Below, piece by piece: positions 26,456 to 34,611 of a stretch of 34,611 nucleotides of DNA (positions within the stretch are counted from its first letter, which is position 1; the number at the start of each line of letters is the position of its first letter). The notes beneath the pieces were generated by a model. The model saw only the letters and a list, made by a program, of their open reading frames with translations, did no database searches and was not told the origin of the DNA. Position numbers and translations under genes: made by a program. Origin of the DNA: an uncultured Candidatus Saccharibacteria bacterium (GTDB lineage Bacteria > Patescibacteriota > WWE3 > JAUXAW01 > JAYEID01); NCBI GenBank assembly GCA_964622035.1, contig CAZUPF010000002.1, positions 1-34,611 on the forward strand, read 5' to 3'.

Positions 26456-26489
26456 GGGGAGTGGGGTGGGGGTTGCTGAGTGGGTTGAG

Positions 26490-26498
26490 TGGTATAAT
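26490..26498 (+). promoter_or_regulatory. Extended -10 promoter of tRNA-Gln
   Basis: TGGTATAAT. Confidence 0.65.
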
Positions 26499-26522
26499 TG
26501 TTGTCTATAGTTGTTGTCACGG

Positions 26523-26596
26523 TGCGGGATCGTCTAACGGTAGGACAGCGGCCTTTGAAGCCGTCAATCTTGGTTCGAATCCAAGTCCCGCAACCA
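26523..26596 (+). tRNA. tRNA-Gln(TTG)
   Basis: TGCGGGA/TCCCGCA acceptor (U1-A72), GCGGC-CT TTG AA-GCCGT anticodon arm, CTTGG-TTCGAAT-CCAAG T-arm, ACCA end. Confidence 0.96.
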
Positions 26597-26691
26597 CCCC
26601 GATTTTCCCCAGCTAATTTCTTTCGTTTGACCAGGGAGATAATTCGATTTGCTTCTAGTGACGAGCTGCCCCCCTTTCCGTTTACCGCAGT

Positions 26692-27684
26692 GTGGTAAGT
26701 GTAATACATAGTGAGCCCAAGATTACTTGTGTCGGTGGGGGAACGGGGACTTTTGTGGTCCTTTCTGGTCTTAAAAAGTATTGCCGTCCCTCGGCGGTGG
26801 TCTCAATGGCGGATAGTGGGGGAAGCACTGGTCGGCTTCGGGACGAGTTTGGTATTCTGCCGCCGGGGGATGTTCGTCAAGCTTTGGTGGCGCTGTCGTC
26901 GGAAGATAAAGCGCCAACACTGCGGAGGCTTTTTTCTTACCGCTTCTCCCGGCTGGGGAGTCTTTATGGTCATAATTTTGGTAACCTTTTCCTGACGGCC
27001 CTTTCTGATATTTTGGGAGGAGAAGATCGGGCTATTGAGGAGGCTGGAAGGATTTTAGGTGTGCGGGGTCATGTTTTCCCGGTTACTTTAGACAATATTC
27101 AACTGATGGCCGAATATAAGGACGGGGAGCAGGTTTTGGGGGAAGGGGCGATCGACGATCGAAAGGATAGTAGCAACGGAGGAATCAAAAACCTTTCCCT
27201 AGTGCCTCGGGCGCGCCTTTTTGTGGGGGCCAAGAAGGCCCTCTTAGATTCGGACCTAATTGTCATTGGTCCGGGAGATGTTTTCACCAGCCTCCTTCCC
27301 AATCTGCTAGTTGAGGGAGTATGTGGGGCCCTTTCCCGTACACCAGCTCGTTTGGTGTACGTCGTTAATTTAGTAACTAAGCGGGGGCAGACTGACGGCT
27401 TTTCCGCCAGGGACCATCTGGAGTTGGTTGAGAAATACCTCGGGAGAGAGTTTGATTTTGTGCTTGTAAACCGTGCGCCGATTCCCGATGAAGTTTGGGA
27501 ACATTATGAGTCTAAGGGGGAGTTTCCGGTGGAAGACGACCTGACGGGCTCGCGGATAGTTCGCGGGGATTTTCTTTCGGCGAGGATTCATCGAAATTTG
27601 GAGAGTGATAAAGCGCGGCGAAGCTTGATTCGCCATGATCCGGACAAGTTAGCGCGGGCGTTGCTGACGCTACTCGCTGGGTGA
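26692..27684 (+). CDS. YvcK/GlmR-family (UPF0052, CofD-related) protein
   Basis: GGGTG, MADSGGSTGRLRDEFG..PPGDVR, GHNFGNL, GE..ID, IGPGD.FTS..PNL, IRHD. Confidence 0.93.
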   Translation: MVSVIHSEPKITCVGGGTGTFVVLSGLKKYCRPSAVVSMADSGGSTGRLRDEFGILPPGDVRQALVALSSEDKAPTLRRLFSYRFSRLGSLYGHNFGNLFLTALSDILGGEDRAIEEAGRILGVRGHVFPVTLDNIQLMAEYKDGEQVLGEGAIDDRKDSSNGGIKNLSLVPRARLFVGAKKALLDSDLIVIGPGDVFTSLLPNLLVEGVCGALSRTPARLVYVVNLVTKRGQTDGFSARDHLELVEKYLGREFDFVLVNRAPIPDEVWEHYESKGEFPVEDDLTGSRIVRGDFLSARIHRNLESDKARRSLIRHDPDKLARALLTLLAG

Positions 27685-27763
27685 CTTCCCCCCTTTGGTT
27701 TAAAGCAGCAATCTATGGTACTCTTCCATTGACCGGTTTTGGTGTGTGGGGGGGTGATAATTA

Positions 27764-28282
27764 ATGGAGAAAAAGGATTTTCGAAAACATGAATCGCAAC
27801 GGGTGGCCGTTTTTGTTGATGTGGCCAATATGTATTATTCGGCCAAGAATCTGCACGATGGGGCGAAGGTGAACTTCGGCCAAGTTTTGGCTCGGGCTGT
27901 TTCGGAAAGGCAGCTGGTGCGGGCGATGGCTTACGTGATTCGCGCTGAGGTGGGTGAGGAGCAAGCTTTCTACGAGGCTCTGGAAAAGCAAGGGTATGAG
28001 GTGCGGGCGAAGGATTTGCAGGTTTTTCCGGGGGGAGCGAAGAAGGGCGATTGGGATGTAGGTATAAGCGTTGACGCTATTAGGATGGCTGACAAGCTGG
28101 ACACTATTGTTTTGGTTACTGGGGATGGCGATTTCGTATCCCTGGTTGACTATTTACAGAACAACAAGGGCTGTCGGGTGGAGGTTATCGCTTTTCGGCG
28201 AACCTGTTCGGGGAAACTAGTCGAAGAGGCTGATGATTTCTTTGATTTGGATAGCGACTTGCGGAAGTTTCTGATTAAGTGA
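27764..28282 (+). CDS. NYN-domain (LabA/DUF88, PIN-like) protein
   Basis: VAVFVDVAN, KKGDWDVGI.VD, LVTGDGDF..LV, G.RVEV, L.EEADDF. Confidence 0.92.
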   Translation: MEKKDFRKHESQRVAVFVDVANMYYSAKNLHDGAKVNFGQVLARAVSERQLVRAMAYVIRAEVGEEQAFYEALEKQGYEVRAKDLQVFPGGAKKGDWDVGISVDAIRMADKLDTIVLVTGDGDFVSLVDYLQNNKGCRVEVIAFRRTCSGKLVEEADDFFDLDSDLRKFLIK

Positions 28283-28303
28283 GGCGGGAGTAGGGGGTGT
28301 ACC

Positions 28304-30097
28304 ATGCATAAACTTTTCCGTGCTACTTTTTTGGCTTTCGCCGCTGCTCTAGCGTTTGCCGCTCCGGCCTACGCCAAAGACTATTCTCTTGGCGAGGTAA
28401 CTGTTGATGTTACTATTGATCCGGACCGCTCGTTTGCGGTGACCGAGTCGCGCCTTTATGAGTTTACGGGCGCCTTTTCTTGGGCCGATCTGTGGATCCC
28501 GACCCAGATTGTGCGGGATGGGTATAGCTACAATATTACGATTGCCGATTTTTCCGTTCGTGACGAGGACGGAACATTGTTACGGGTGGACGCCTCGCAG
28601 TCCGGGGGTCGGTTTTACGCCAAGTGGTTTCACTCGGCCCAAGACGAGACGAAGGTTTTTACCTGGTCTTATCGCGTAATTGGGGAAGGGGTTAAGAAGT
28701 ATGAGGACACTGGCGAGTTCTACTGGCAAGTAATCGGTGATGAGTGGAAGAAATCCTGCGGCCCGGTGACAGTTACGGTTAATCTTCCCCCCGGTGCTAC
28801 GAAAGAGGAAGTTAAGGTTTTTGGCCACGGACCTTTGTCTGGTCAGGCGGAGATCGTTGACGGGCAGACGACTCGCTTTACGGTTCCCGAGCTCCCCCCC
28901 GAAACCTTTGTTGAAGTGCGTACTTTGTTTCCGCCGCGGCTCCTTACGGGTCCCGCCGCTAGTGATGCCTCGTTGGAGGCGATTTTGGCGGAGGAGGAGA
29001 GTTTCCGGCAGGAAACTCTGGCCAAGCAGCAGCGCAACCAAACTATTGTTGTGGCGCTGTTGATTTACCTGGTGGGTTTCATCCCCCTAACTGTTCTCGG
29101 TTGGGCAATTTGGTACTACAAAGCTTGGAAGGCTAAGGGTAAGGAGTATGCCTTTACTGATATTCCTAAGTATGTTCGCGAGCTGCCCTCCGACCTCCCA
29201 CCGGCAATAGTTGCCTCTCTCCTGAGGCAGGGCGGGATGCCGGATACTCGGTCTTTTGTGGCGACAATTTTTGATTTAGCTCGGCAGGGGTTTATTCAGA
29301 TTGATGACAAAATTGATTTCAAATCTGGCCTGTTGCGGACTCGTAAGGAGATAACCACCACGCTGCGGGCGGACTACGAGAAGGATCGGGGTGGGCTGTC
29401 TGAGCACCAGCGGGCGGTTTTTGATTACATCTTTCTGCAGGTGGGGAAAATGGGTGAGGGGATACGGCTGGATGAGTTGAAGGATTATATCAGAAGCCAC
29501 CCGACCACTTTCCGCCCGTGGTTCGGGCGCTGGCAGAAGCTGGTCCAGCAAGAGGCCAAGGCTCTGGGGTTTTTGGAGCAGGAGGGGGTTGCCCTAACCC
29601 GTAAGTTTTGGATTGTTTCGGGGGCGCTGGTGCTTCTTGGCTCACCGGTGCTTCTCCTTGGGGTATTTCTGATTCCCAAGCTCAAGCGTTGGAAGAAGCG
29701 GTGGGCGCGGGAGGCGGCGGAGTGGAAAGCCCTGCGCCAGTTCTTGGGCGATTTCTCTCGTTTCGAGGAGATTCCGCCCGAGGCGTATAAGCTTTGGGAG
29801 CACTACCTGGTCTTCGGAGTTCTTTTTGGTAACGCGGAGGGAATTCTCAAGTCTCTGCCGATAATTTTGGAGGACCACCGGGCGGTTCCGGCGGCTTGGT
29901 ACTACGGTGGTTCTGCGGGAAGAACTCCGGCCTCCTTTTCGGCCATGTCGCGGAGCCTGTCTAATTTTAACTCCTCTTTTGTAGCCGCCGCGTCCTCCTC
30001 TATCTCTACTGGGAGTGGGGGTGGTTTCTCGGGCGGAGGAGGGGGTGGTGGCGGTGGCGGTGGCGGTGGCGGTGGCGGCGGTGGCGGCGCCGGTTAG
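28304..30097 (+). CDS. DUF2207-family membrane protein with Gly-rich tail
   Basis: Signal peptide, EFYWQVIG, FGHGP, LPPA, ATIFDLARQG, WEHYLVFG, C-terminal SSGGGFSGGG. Confidence 0.88.
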   Translation: MHKLFRATFLAFAAALAFAAPAYAKDYSLGEVTVDVTIDPDRSFAVTESRLYEFTGAFSWADLWIPTQIVRDGYSYNITIADFSVRDEDGTLLRVDASQSGGRFYAKWFHSAQDETKVFTWSYRVIGEGVKKYEDTGEFYWQVIGDEWKKSCGPVTVTVNLPPGATKEEVKVFGHGPLSGQAEIVDGQTTRFTVPELPPETFVEVRTLFPPRLLTGPAASDASLEAILAEEESFRQETLAKQQRNQTIVVALLIYLVGFIPLTVLGWAIWYYKAWKAKGKEYAFTDIPKYVRELPSDLPPAIVASLLRQGGMPDTRSFVATIFDLARQGFIQIDDKIDFKSGLLRTRKEITTTLRADYEKDRGGLSEHQRAVFDYIFLQVGKMGEGIRLDELKDYIRSHPTTFRPWFGRWQKLVQQEAKALGFLEQEGVALTRKFWIVSGALVLLGSPVLLLGVFLIPKLKRWKKRWAREAAEWKALRQFLGDFSRFEEIPPEAYKLWEHYLVFGVLFGNAEGILKSLPIILEDHRAVPAAWYYGGSAGRTPASFSAMSRSLSNFNSSFVAAASSSISTGSGGGFSGGGGGGGGGGGGGGGGGGGAG

Positions 30098-31467
30098 TTG
30101 CTATTTCCTAGGGTAATCAGCTCCCCACCCTTGAGGACTTTTTGCAGCTTCGCCTTCTTACCATCAACTCTAACTGACACTCTTGGCGAAACCCCAGCGG
30201 TTTTTAGGTAGCTTCGGACAGTACTTCCCTGTGGCAACTCAACAACCTCTCCCCGCCCACTAAGGACATAGATGCTCGGTCGGAGCATCTCTTTTCCCAG
30301 ACTTTTGATGAACTTCTCTTGCGGCGGTTTTTCGGGGAAGCTCTCTTGCCACTCGATTAGCCGCCCTGTCCAGAAAAGCCGGCTCTCCAAAGCGGGGGCG
30401 CTCTCTTGCTGCGTTTTAGGCTTGGATAGATCGGTAATTATTCCGAAGTCTGATTGTTGGTGCATCTCTTGGCTACGGATTTGGATTTCAAAAACTAGAC
30501 CATTGGGACCAGCTACCCGGGTGTGGAGAGCTCTATAGCCATTGGGTCTGGGCTGGGCGATGAAATCGCTAATACCGATATTGGGTGTCGGTTTAAAGGT
30601 GCTATGGACAACTCCGAGGGCGGTGTAGCAGTCTTTTTCGGAGCCGACGACCAATCTTAGGGTGACGAGATCGTAGATATTTCTTAGGTCCTTATCGATT
30701 TCTTTGCGGTGCAGCTTTTTGTGGAGGCTGTACCAGTGTTTTTTCAGGATATCGTAATCAACGAAGGGCACATTTGCTGCGGACAGGGCTTTGACAATCT
30801 GTGCTGCTAGAGTGGTGAGGGTTTCTGTCCTTCGTTCAGCCTCCTCACAACTGTGGTTTTTGACCCAGGCGTACTTTTTGGGTTCCTCGGCGGCAAAACA
30901 GTAGTCCAGCAGATCGCCCTTGATTTTGTTCATTCCTAGTTTGTAGGCTAGCGGGGCGTATATTTGTCGGGTTTCTTCGCAGAAGCGTCGCCGCCTCTTT
31001 TCGGGGAGGAAGGCGACTGTCTGAATATTGTGTAGGCGGTCGGCCATTTTTACGACGATCACTCGTAGGTCGGTAGACATGGCCAGAAACATTTTTTTGA
31101 GGCTCTTCTCTTTGCTTCGATCTTTCTTTAGGTCAACCCGGCTAACTTTGGTGACGGCATCAACCAGGTAGCGGACCTCCTTGCCGAAGGCCTGCTCAAT
31201 TTCTTCTAGGCTTGTACCGGCGTCCTCGATAGTGTCGTGGAGGAGTCCGGCGATGAGGGAGGCCTCATCCTGGTTCCAGCTATTTAGAATAAGGGCGGTT
31301 TGGAGGGGGTGAATGACATAAGGTTCGCCAGAGCTCCTTTCTTGGCCGTGGTGGGCCTTTTTGGCGAAGGCACTTGCCTTTTTTATGATGGCGCGATCAG
31401 GCCGTTGGGAGTTTTGGGAAAGGTTACCGAGGAGCTCTTTTTCTAGGTCACCGGGGGTAGCGGTCAT
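30094..31467 (-). CDS. RelA/SpoT homolog (HD hydrolase, synthetase-like domain, degenerate TGS; no ACT)
   Basis: AH.GQ.RSSGEPY..HP, LLHDTIED, KMADRLHN, YAPLA, NGY..LHT, EIQIR; promoter TTGACA-N17-GACAAT at 31507-31479. Confidence 0.92.
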   Translation of the reverse strand: MTATPGDLEKELLGNLSQNSQRPDRAIIKKASAFAKKAHHGQERSSGEPYVIHPLQTALILNSWNQDEASLIAGLLHDTIEDAGTSLEEIEQAFGKEVRYLVDAVTKVSRVDLKKDRSKEKSLKKMFLAMSTDLRVIVVKMADRLHNIQTVAFLPEKRRRRFCEETRQIYAPLAYKLGMNKIKGDLLDYCFAAEEPKKYAWVKNHSCEEAERRTETLTTLAAQIVKALSAANVPFVDYDILKKHWYSLHKKLHRKEIDKDLRNIYDLVTLRLVVGSEKDCYTALGVVHSTFKPTPNIGISDFIAQPRPNGYRALHTRVAGPNGLVFEIQIRSQEMHQQSDFGIITDLSKPKTQQESAPALESRLFWTGRLIEWQESFPEKPPQEKFIKSLGKEMLRPSIYVLSGRGEVVELPQGSTVRSYLKTAGVSPRVSVRVDGKKAKLQKVLKGGELITLGNSN

Positions 31468-31554
31468 TAATTGGTAACATTGTCTGCTATGTTATCGGCT
31501 TTGTCAATGTGGGGTACTTATTCGGTTCCTTAGGGTTGTGCTAACATAGCGCTA

Positions 31555-33297
31555 ATGGTAGAGACACGAGTGCGGCCCCTCCTGCTATATTTTCTGGGAA
31601 CGGTAATTCTTATTTTTTCCATCCTTTTTTTCGCGTACCACTTAGCTTACGCACGTAAGATTATCCCCGGGGTAGAGCTTTGGGGGGTGGCTTTGGGCAA
31701 TAAGACTCGGGAGGAGGCGGTGGAGACTCTCCAGGCTAAGTTCTCTGGGGTGGGGGATCGGGAATTCGTTCTGGTTTCTGGGGAGGGGCGCTTTTCCAAG
31801 AACCTCTCGGAGTGGGGGGTAACTTTCGAGGCCACAGAATCGGCCCGCAGGGCCTATCTCCTTGGTCGGGGGGGCTCGGTCGTCGCGACCACAGGGGAAA
31901 AATTCACGGCCTGGTTCCAAGGAAGCACCATTGATCCTGCCTTTCGGACTACGGGGGAGCTGTGGGAGGGAAGCTCTCGGGAACTTTCCCAGTCTCTGAA
32001 TAGGCCAGCCAAAGACGCTGGTTTTACTATTAAGGATGGGGCGTTAGAGATTACTCCCTCTTCCGAAGGCCGGGAGGTGGGGGAGGCCGAATTAAAACAC
32101 CTTTTTAAGCAGGTAATTTTGACCAACGATTTTTCCGTGCGGGAGGTGCCGTTGCGGGTTGTCCAGCCGCGCCTTTTTGTGGAGAACCTCTCTCCCCAGC
32201 AGGAACGGGTTAGCCAAATGGTTTTTTCCTCGCCCCAGCTCACCTTTGGCTCCCGCCGCTGGTCCCTTTCGCCAGAGGAGATCCTGGCCTTTCTAGATTT
32301 TTCGTCGGATACCTCACCAGTCGCGGTGTTGCTGGATGAAGTGGTGGTGGCGTCCTTTGTTGATCAGCTGGCGGCGGAAATAAACCGTCCCGCTCGTGGA
32401 GGGACCTTTGCTCTCGAGAGTGGGCGGGTGATTGATTTTGCTCTGCCGCACGCCGGTTATAAGCTGGATGAGGCGGGGGCGAAGGAGGCGCTGGCCGCAG
32501 TTATTTTGGACGCGGAAACAACACAAGCCGAGCTGCTAGTGGCGGTTCAGCAGCCGCCAGCGCAGGCTGGAAACGAGTACGGGATTAAAACGCTTTTGGG
32601 TGTGGGAACTTCTAATTTTAAGGGCTCCATTGCTGGGAGGGTGCACAACGTCGGTTTGGCCTCTTCGCGTCTGGATGGGATTCTCGTTCCACCAGGGGAG
32701 GTATTTTCTTTCAATCAGAGTTTGGGGGATGTTAGCTCGGAAACTGGCTACCAGACTTCCTATATTATTAAGGAGGGTCGGACGCGTTTGGGGGTTGGTG
32801 GGGGTGTATGTCAGGTTTCGACAACCGTGTTCCGAGCGGCCCTTTACGCCGGATTGCCTATTTTAGCTCGTACAGCCCACGCTTATCGAGTTCATTATTA
32901 CGAGCACCCTATCGGTCCCGGGCTGGATGCGACTGTCTACGAGCCCTCGCCGGATTTACAGTTCAAAAACGACACCCCCGCGCATATTTTGATCAAGCGT
33001 TATTTTTATTCCCCGACCAACACCCTAAAATTTGAGATTTACGGGACGGATGATGGTCGGAAGGTCCAAGTGACTGGCCCCATTATTCACTCGCAGACCC
33101 CTCCCCCCGACCCGGCCTATATTGAGGACGCCGACCTGCCCAAGGGGACGACTAAGCAGGTTGACTGGGCGGCGTGGGGAGCGAAGGTAACTGTGCGGCG
33201 GAAGGTTACCCGGGGGGGCGAGGTGCTGCAGGATGATAGTTTCTTTTCCAACTACCGGCCCTGGCAGGCGGTTTATTTGGTGGGGACGGGGGAGTAG
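31555..33297 (+). CDS. VanW-family protein with peptidoglycan-binding-type repeats
   Basis: N-terminal TM, IIPGV, PGEVFSFN..LG, GGGVCQVSTT.FRA, RTAHAYRV.YYE, GLDATV, DLQFKNDT. Confidence 0.92.
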   Translation: MVETRVRPLLLYFLGTVILIFSILFFAYHLAYARKIIPGVELWGVALGNKTREEAVETLQAKFSGVGDREFVLVSGEGRFSKNLSEWGVTFEATESARRAYLLGRGGSVVATTGEKFTAWFQGSTIDPAFRTTGELWEGSSRELSQSLNRPAKDAGFTIKDGALEITPSSEGREVGEAELKHLFKQVILTNDFSVREVPLRVVQPRLFVENLSPQQERVSQMVFSSPQLTFGSRRWSLSPEEILAFLDFSSDTSPVAVLLDEVVVASFVDQLAAEINRPARGGTFALESGRVIDFALPHAGYKLDEAGAKEALAAVILDAETTQAELLVAVQQPPAQAGNEYGIKTLLGVGTSNFKGSIAGRVHNVGLASSRLDGILVPPGEVFSFNQSLGDVSSETGYQTSYIIKEGRTRLGVGGGVCQVSTTVFRAALYAGLPILARTAHAYRVHYYEHPIGPGLDATVYEPSPDLQFKNDTPAHILIKRYFYSPTNTLKFEIYGTDDGRKVQVTGPIIHSQTPPPDPAYIEDADLPKGTTKQVDWAAWGAKVTVRRKVTRGGEVLQDDSFFSNYRPWQAVYLVGTGE

Positions 33298-33340
33298 AAA
33301 AGGCTCCCACAGAAATTAGAAATTCTGTGAGAGCCTTTGG
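33298..33340. terminator. Bidirectional terminator hairpin
   Basis: AAAGGCTC-C-CACAGAA...TTCTGTG-A-GAGCCTTT between convergent stop codons. Confidence 0.75.
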
Positions 33341-33342
33341 TC

Positions 33343-34608
33343 CTAGCTGCAGACAAGCTCCATAAGCGCCTCGGTAGATAACTCGTGCGTGTGCGTCTTT
33401 GAGGGCGTCCATCCCGTTTCGATTCGTAGCTCGAGAAGGGTGATCGCTTGTCGGACTATATTATCGAGGAGTCCGGCGTCCTCGAGGCCGCTCTGTGCGC
33501 GTGCAAGCTCTTTGCGGAGAGTGCTTTGGGCTGGCTCCTCACCTTCAGTGCAGAGAAAGGTGGCGTCGATCCCGTACTTTTCCGCGCGGTGCTTATTCTC
33601 CCGTACCACTTCCATTGGAAGAAGCTCTTCTTCTTCGAGCTGGGACCAGAGTAACCGCCCGATTGTGAAGACAGCCAGAGCTAGGTCTTCTATCAGAGTT
33701 GGCTGGGTGGACAGAGGACGAAACTCTACGACAAGTTTTCCGCCAAGACACTTGATGCGCGCATCCCGCCAGAAGAGCCCAATTCCAATCGCCAGAGCCG
33801 CTTCGGGCCTGTTGTCTAGGATGAAGGGGTAACTGGCCACATCTTCAAGGTAACATCCTAGATCTTTGTAGTAATCTCGTGGTAAGCCAATGCGTAGTAG
33901 CCGGCCGCTTTCCAGTTCGGTATTGTTCCTGGTTTCGTGCGAGAGCCGCCAGACCTCGTAGCGCACGTCCGCCCAGCCAGTGTTTTGGCAATCTAACACG
34001 CTGGCGTTAGCTGAAAGGGCCACCGCAGCCGGGCTGATGGCCAGGAGACGGTTTAGTTTATCGACCGCATCAGGCCCAGAAGCGGTCTGTAGCGAGAACT
34101 GGAAGGCGTTGATCAGGCCAACCACCCCGGCCTCTCCAACAAAGACGCCGCCGATATGCGTTGGGCAACCTTGGGGCCGACACTGGTCATGGAAGTCTGG
34201 AACGGCTCGGTATTTAGGCGCATCTGTTCTCTCCACACCGCGGGTGTCAGCCCATGGTATGGTTCCACACCGCCCAACACGCAATCCATGCTGAGCCACT
34301 GTCTTCCGCAGCAGTGCTTCGCGTTGCCAGAGCTGGGCGAACCACCCCGAGAAACCCACTTCTGCCAGGTTCACCGGCTTCGGATGGAGCTCGATGATGC
34401 TGGCTCCCAACTCGTACCCTGCACCAATCTCGTCCATGATCTGCCGCTTCTCCCCCTTTGTTGCCAAGCTACCATCGGGGTGGAACAGGAAGAGCTCCAG
34501 CTCCGCGCCCGCTCTGGTTACCACAGCTTGGGGTGGCGCCTTCGGTACACTAGCCATCATATTATGTGCCTGGGCCCAGAAGGCCCCCCTCATCTCTCTT
34601 TCTCCCAT
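33343..34608 (-). CDS. Glutamate--cysteine ligase-like (GCS2/YbdK-type carboxylate-amine ligase fold); start uncertain (34593, 34608 or beyond the window)
   Basis: GAELEL, YELG...IEL, GTIP, ALSANA, R..VW, FWRDAR, VEFRPL.TQPT. Confidence 0.75.
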   Translation of the reverse strand: MGEREMRGAFWAQAHNMMASVPKAPPQAVVTRAGAELELFLFHPDGSLATKGEKRQIMDEIGAGYELGASIIELHPKPVNLAEVGFSGWFAQLWQREALLRKTVAQHGLRVGRCGTIPWADTRGVERTDAPKYRAVPDFHDQCRPQGCPTHIGGVFVGEAGVVGLINAFQFSLQTASGPDAVDKLNRLLAISPAAVALSANASVLDCQNTGWADVRYEVWRLSHETRNNTELESGRLLRIGLPRDYYKDLGCYLEDVASYPFILDNRPEAALAIGIGLFWRDARIKCLGGKLVVEFRPLSTQPTLIEDLALAVFTIGRLLWSQLEEEELLPMEVVRENKHRAEKYGIDATFLCTEGEEPAQSTLRKELARAQSGLEDAGLLDNIVRQAITLLELRIETGWTPSKTHTHELSTEALMELVCS

Positions 34609-34611
34609 CGC

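Noticed and set aside
26411..26460. 13-bp periodic ACTAG units as a mini-CRISPR or dif site
   Set aside because: No unique spacers and no cas genes; does not match the XerC/XerD 11-6-11 dif consensus.
27764..28282. NYN nuclease as part of a defence or toxin-antitoxin system
   Set aside because: Stand-alone LabA/DUF88-type gene among housekeeping and envelope genes, with no adjacent antitoxin or defence partner.
30010..30094. (GGTGGC)n tandem repeat
   Set aside because: Encodes the normal poly-Gly tail of DUF2207 proteins; not a CRISPR array or mobile repeat.
1..34611. Alternative genetic code (TGA=Gly), introns or inteins
   Set aside because: TGA terminates conserved genes at the expected positions (fusA, rplN, rpsQ, rpsH); no intein motifs or interrupted tRNAs were seen.

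Overview
This looks like a chromosomal segment from a Candidate Phyla Radiation (Patescibacteria) bacterium, probably Microgenomates/WWE3-like. That assignment is inferred from the absence of rpmD/uL30, a YbaB/EbfC gene between secY and adk, a GAD-less AspRS and mostly SD-less starts; TGA is read as stop. Bases 1-17.7 kb hold the str(3' part)-S10-spc-alpha-L13/S9 ribosomal superoperon, with several oddities: uL3 lacks about 65 internal residues, rplN and rpsQ are swapped, uL15 lacks its FEGGQ motif, a terminator/antiterminator switch sits between rpsJ and rplC, and map carries an in-frame palindromic insertion. Bases 17.7-34.6 kb hold tRNA-Pro(GGG), a putative leader-peptide attenuator ahead of a small orphan ORF, aspS, a D,D-carboxypeptidase, several uncharacterised membrane proteins (two look like diverged tandem paralogs) and gltX. 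They also hold a TrpR-like gene bracketed by near-identical CTAG-centred palindromes, tRNA-Gln(TTG), a YvcK-family gene, an NYN-domain gene, a DUF2207 gene, a degenerate RelA/SpoT homolog, a VanW-family gene and a glutamate-cysteine-ligase-like gene. No transposase, integrase, CRISPR array or rRNA was seen. All family calls come from motif recognition by eye, not from database searches.
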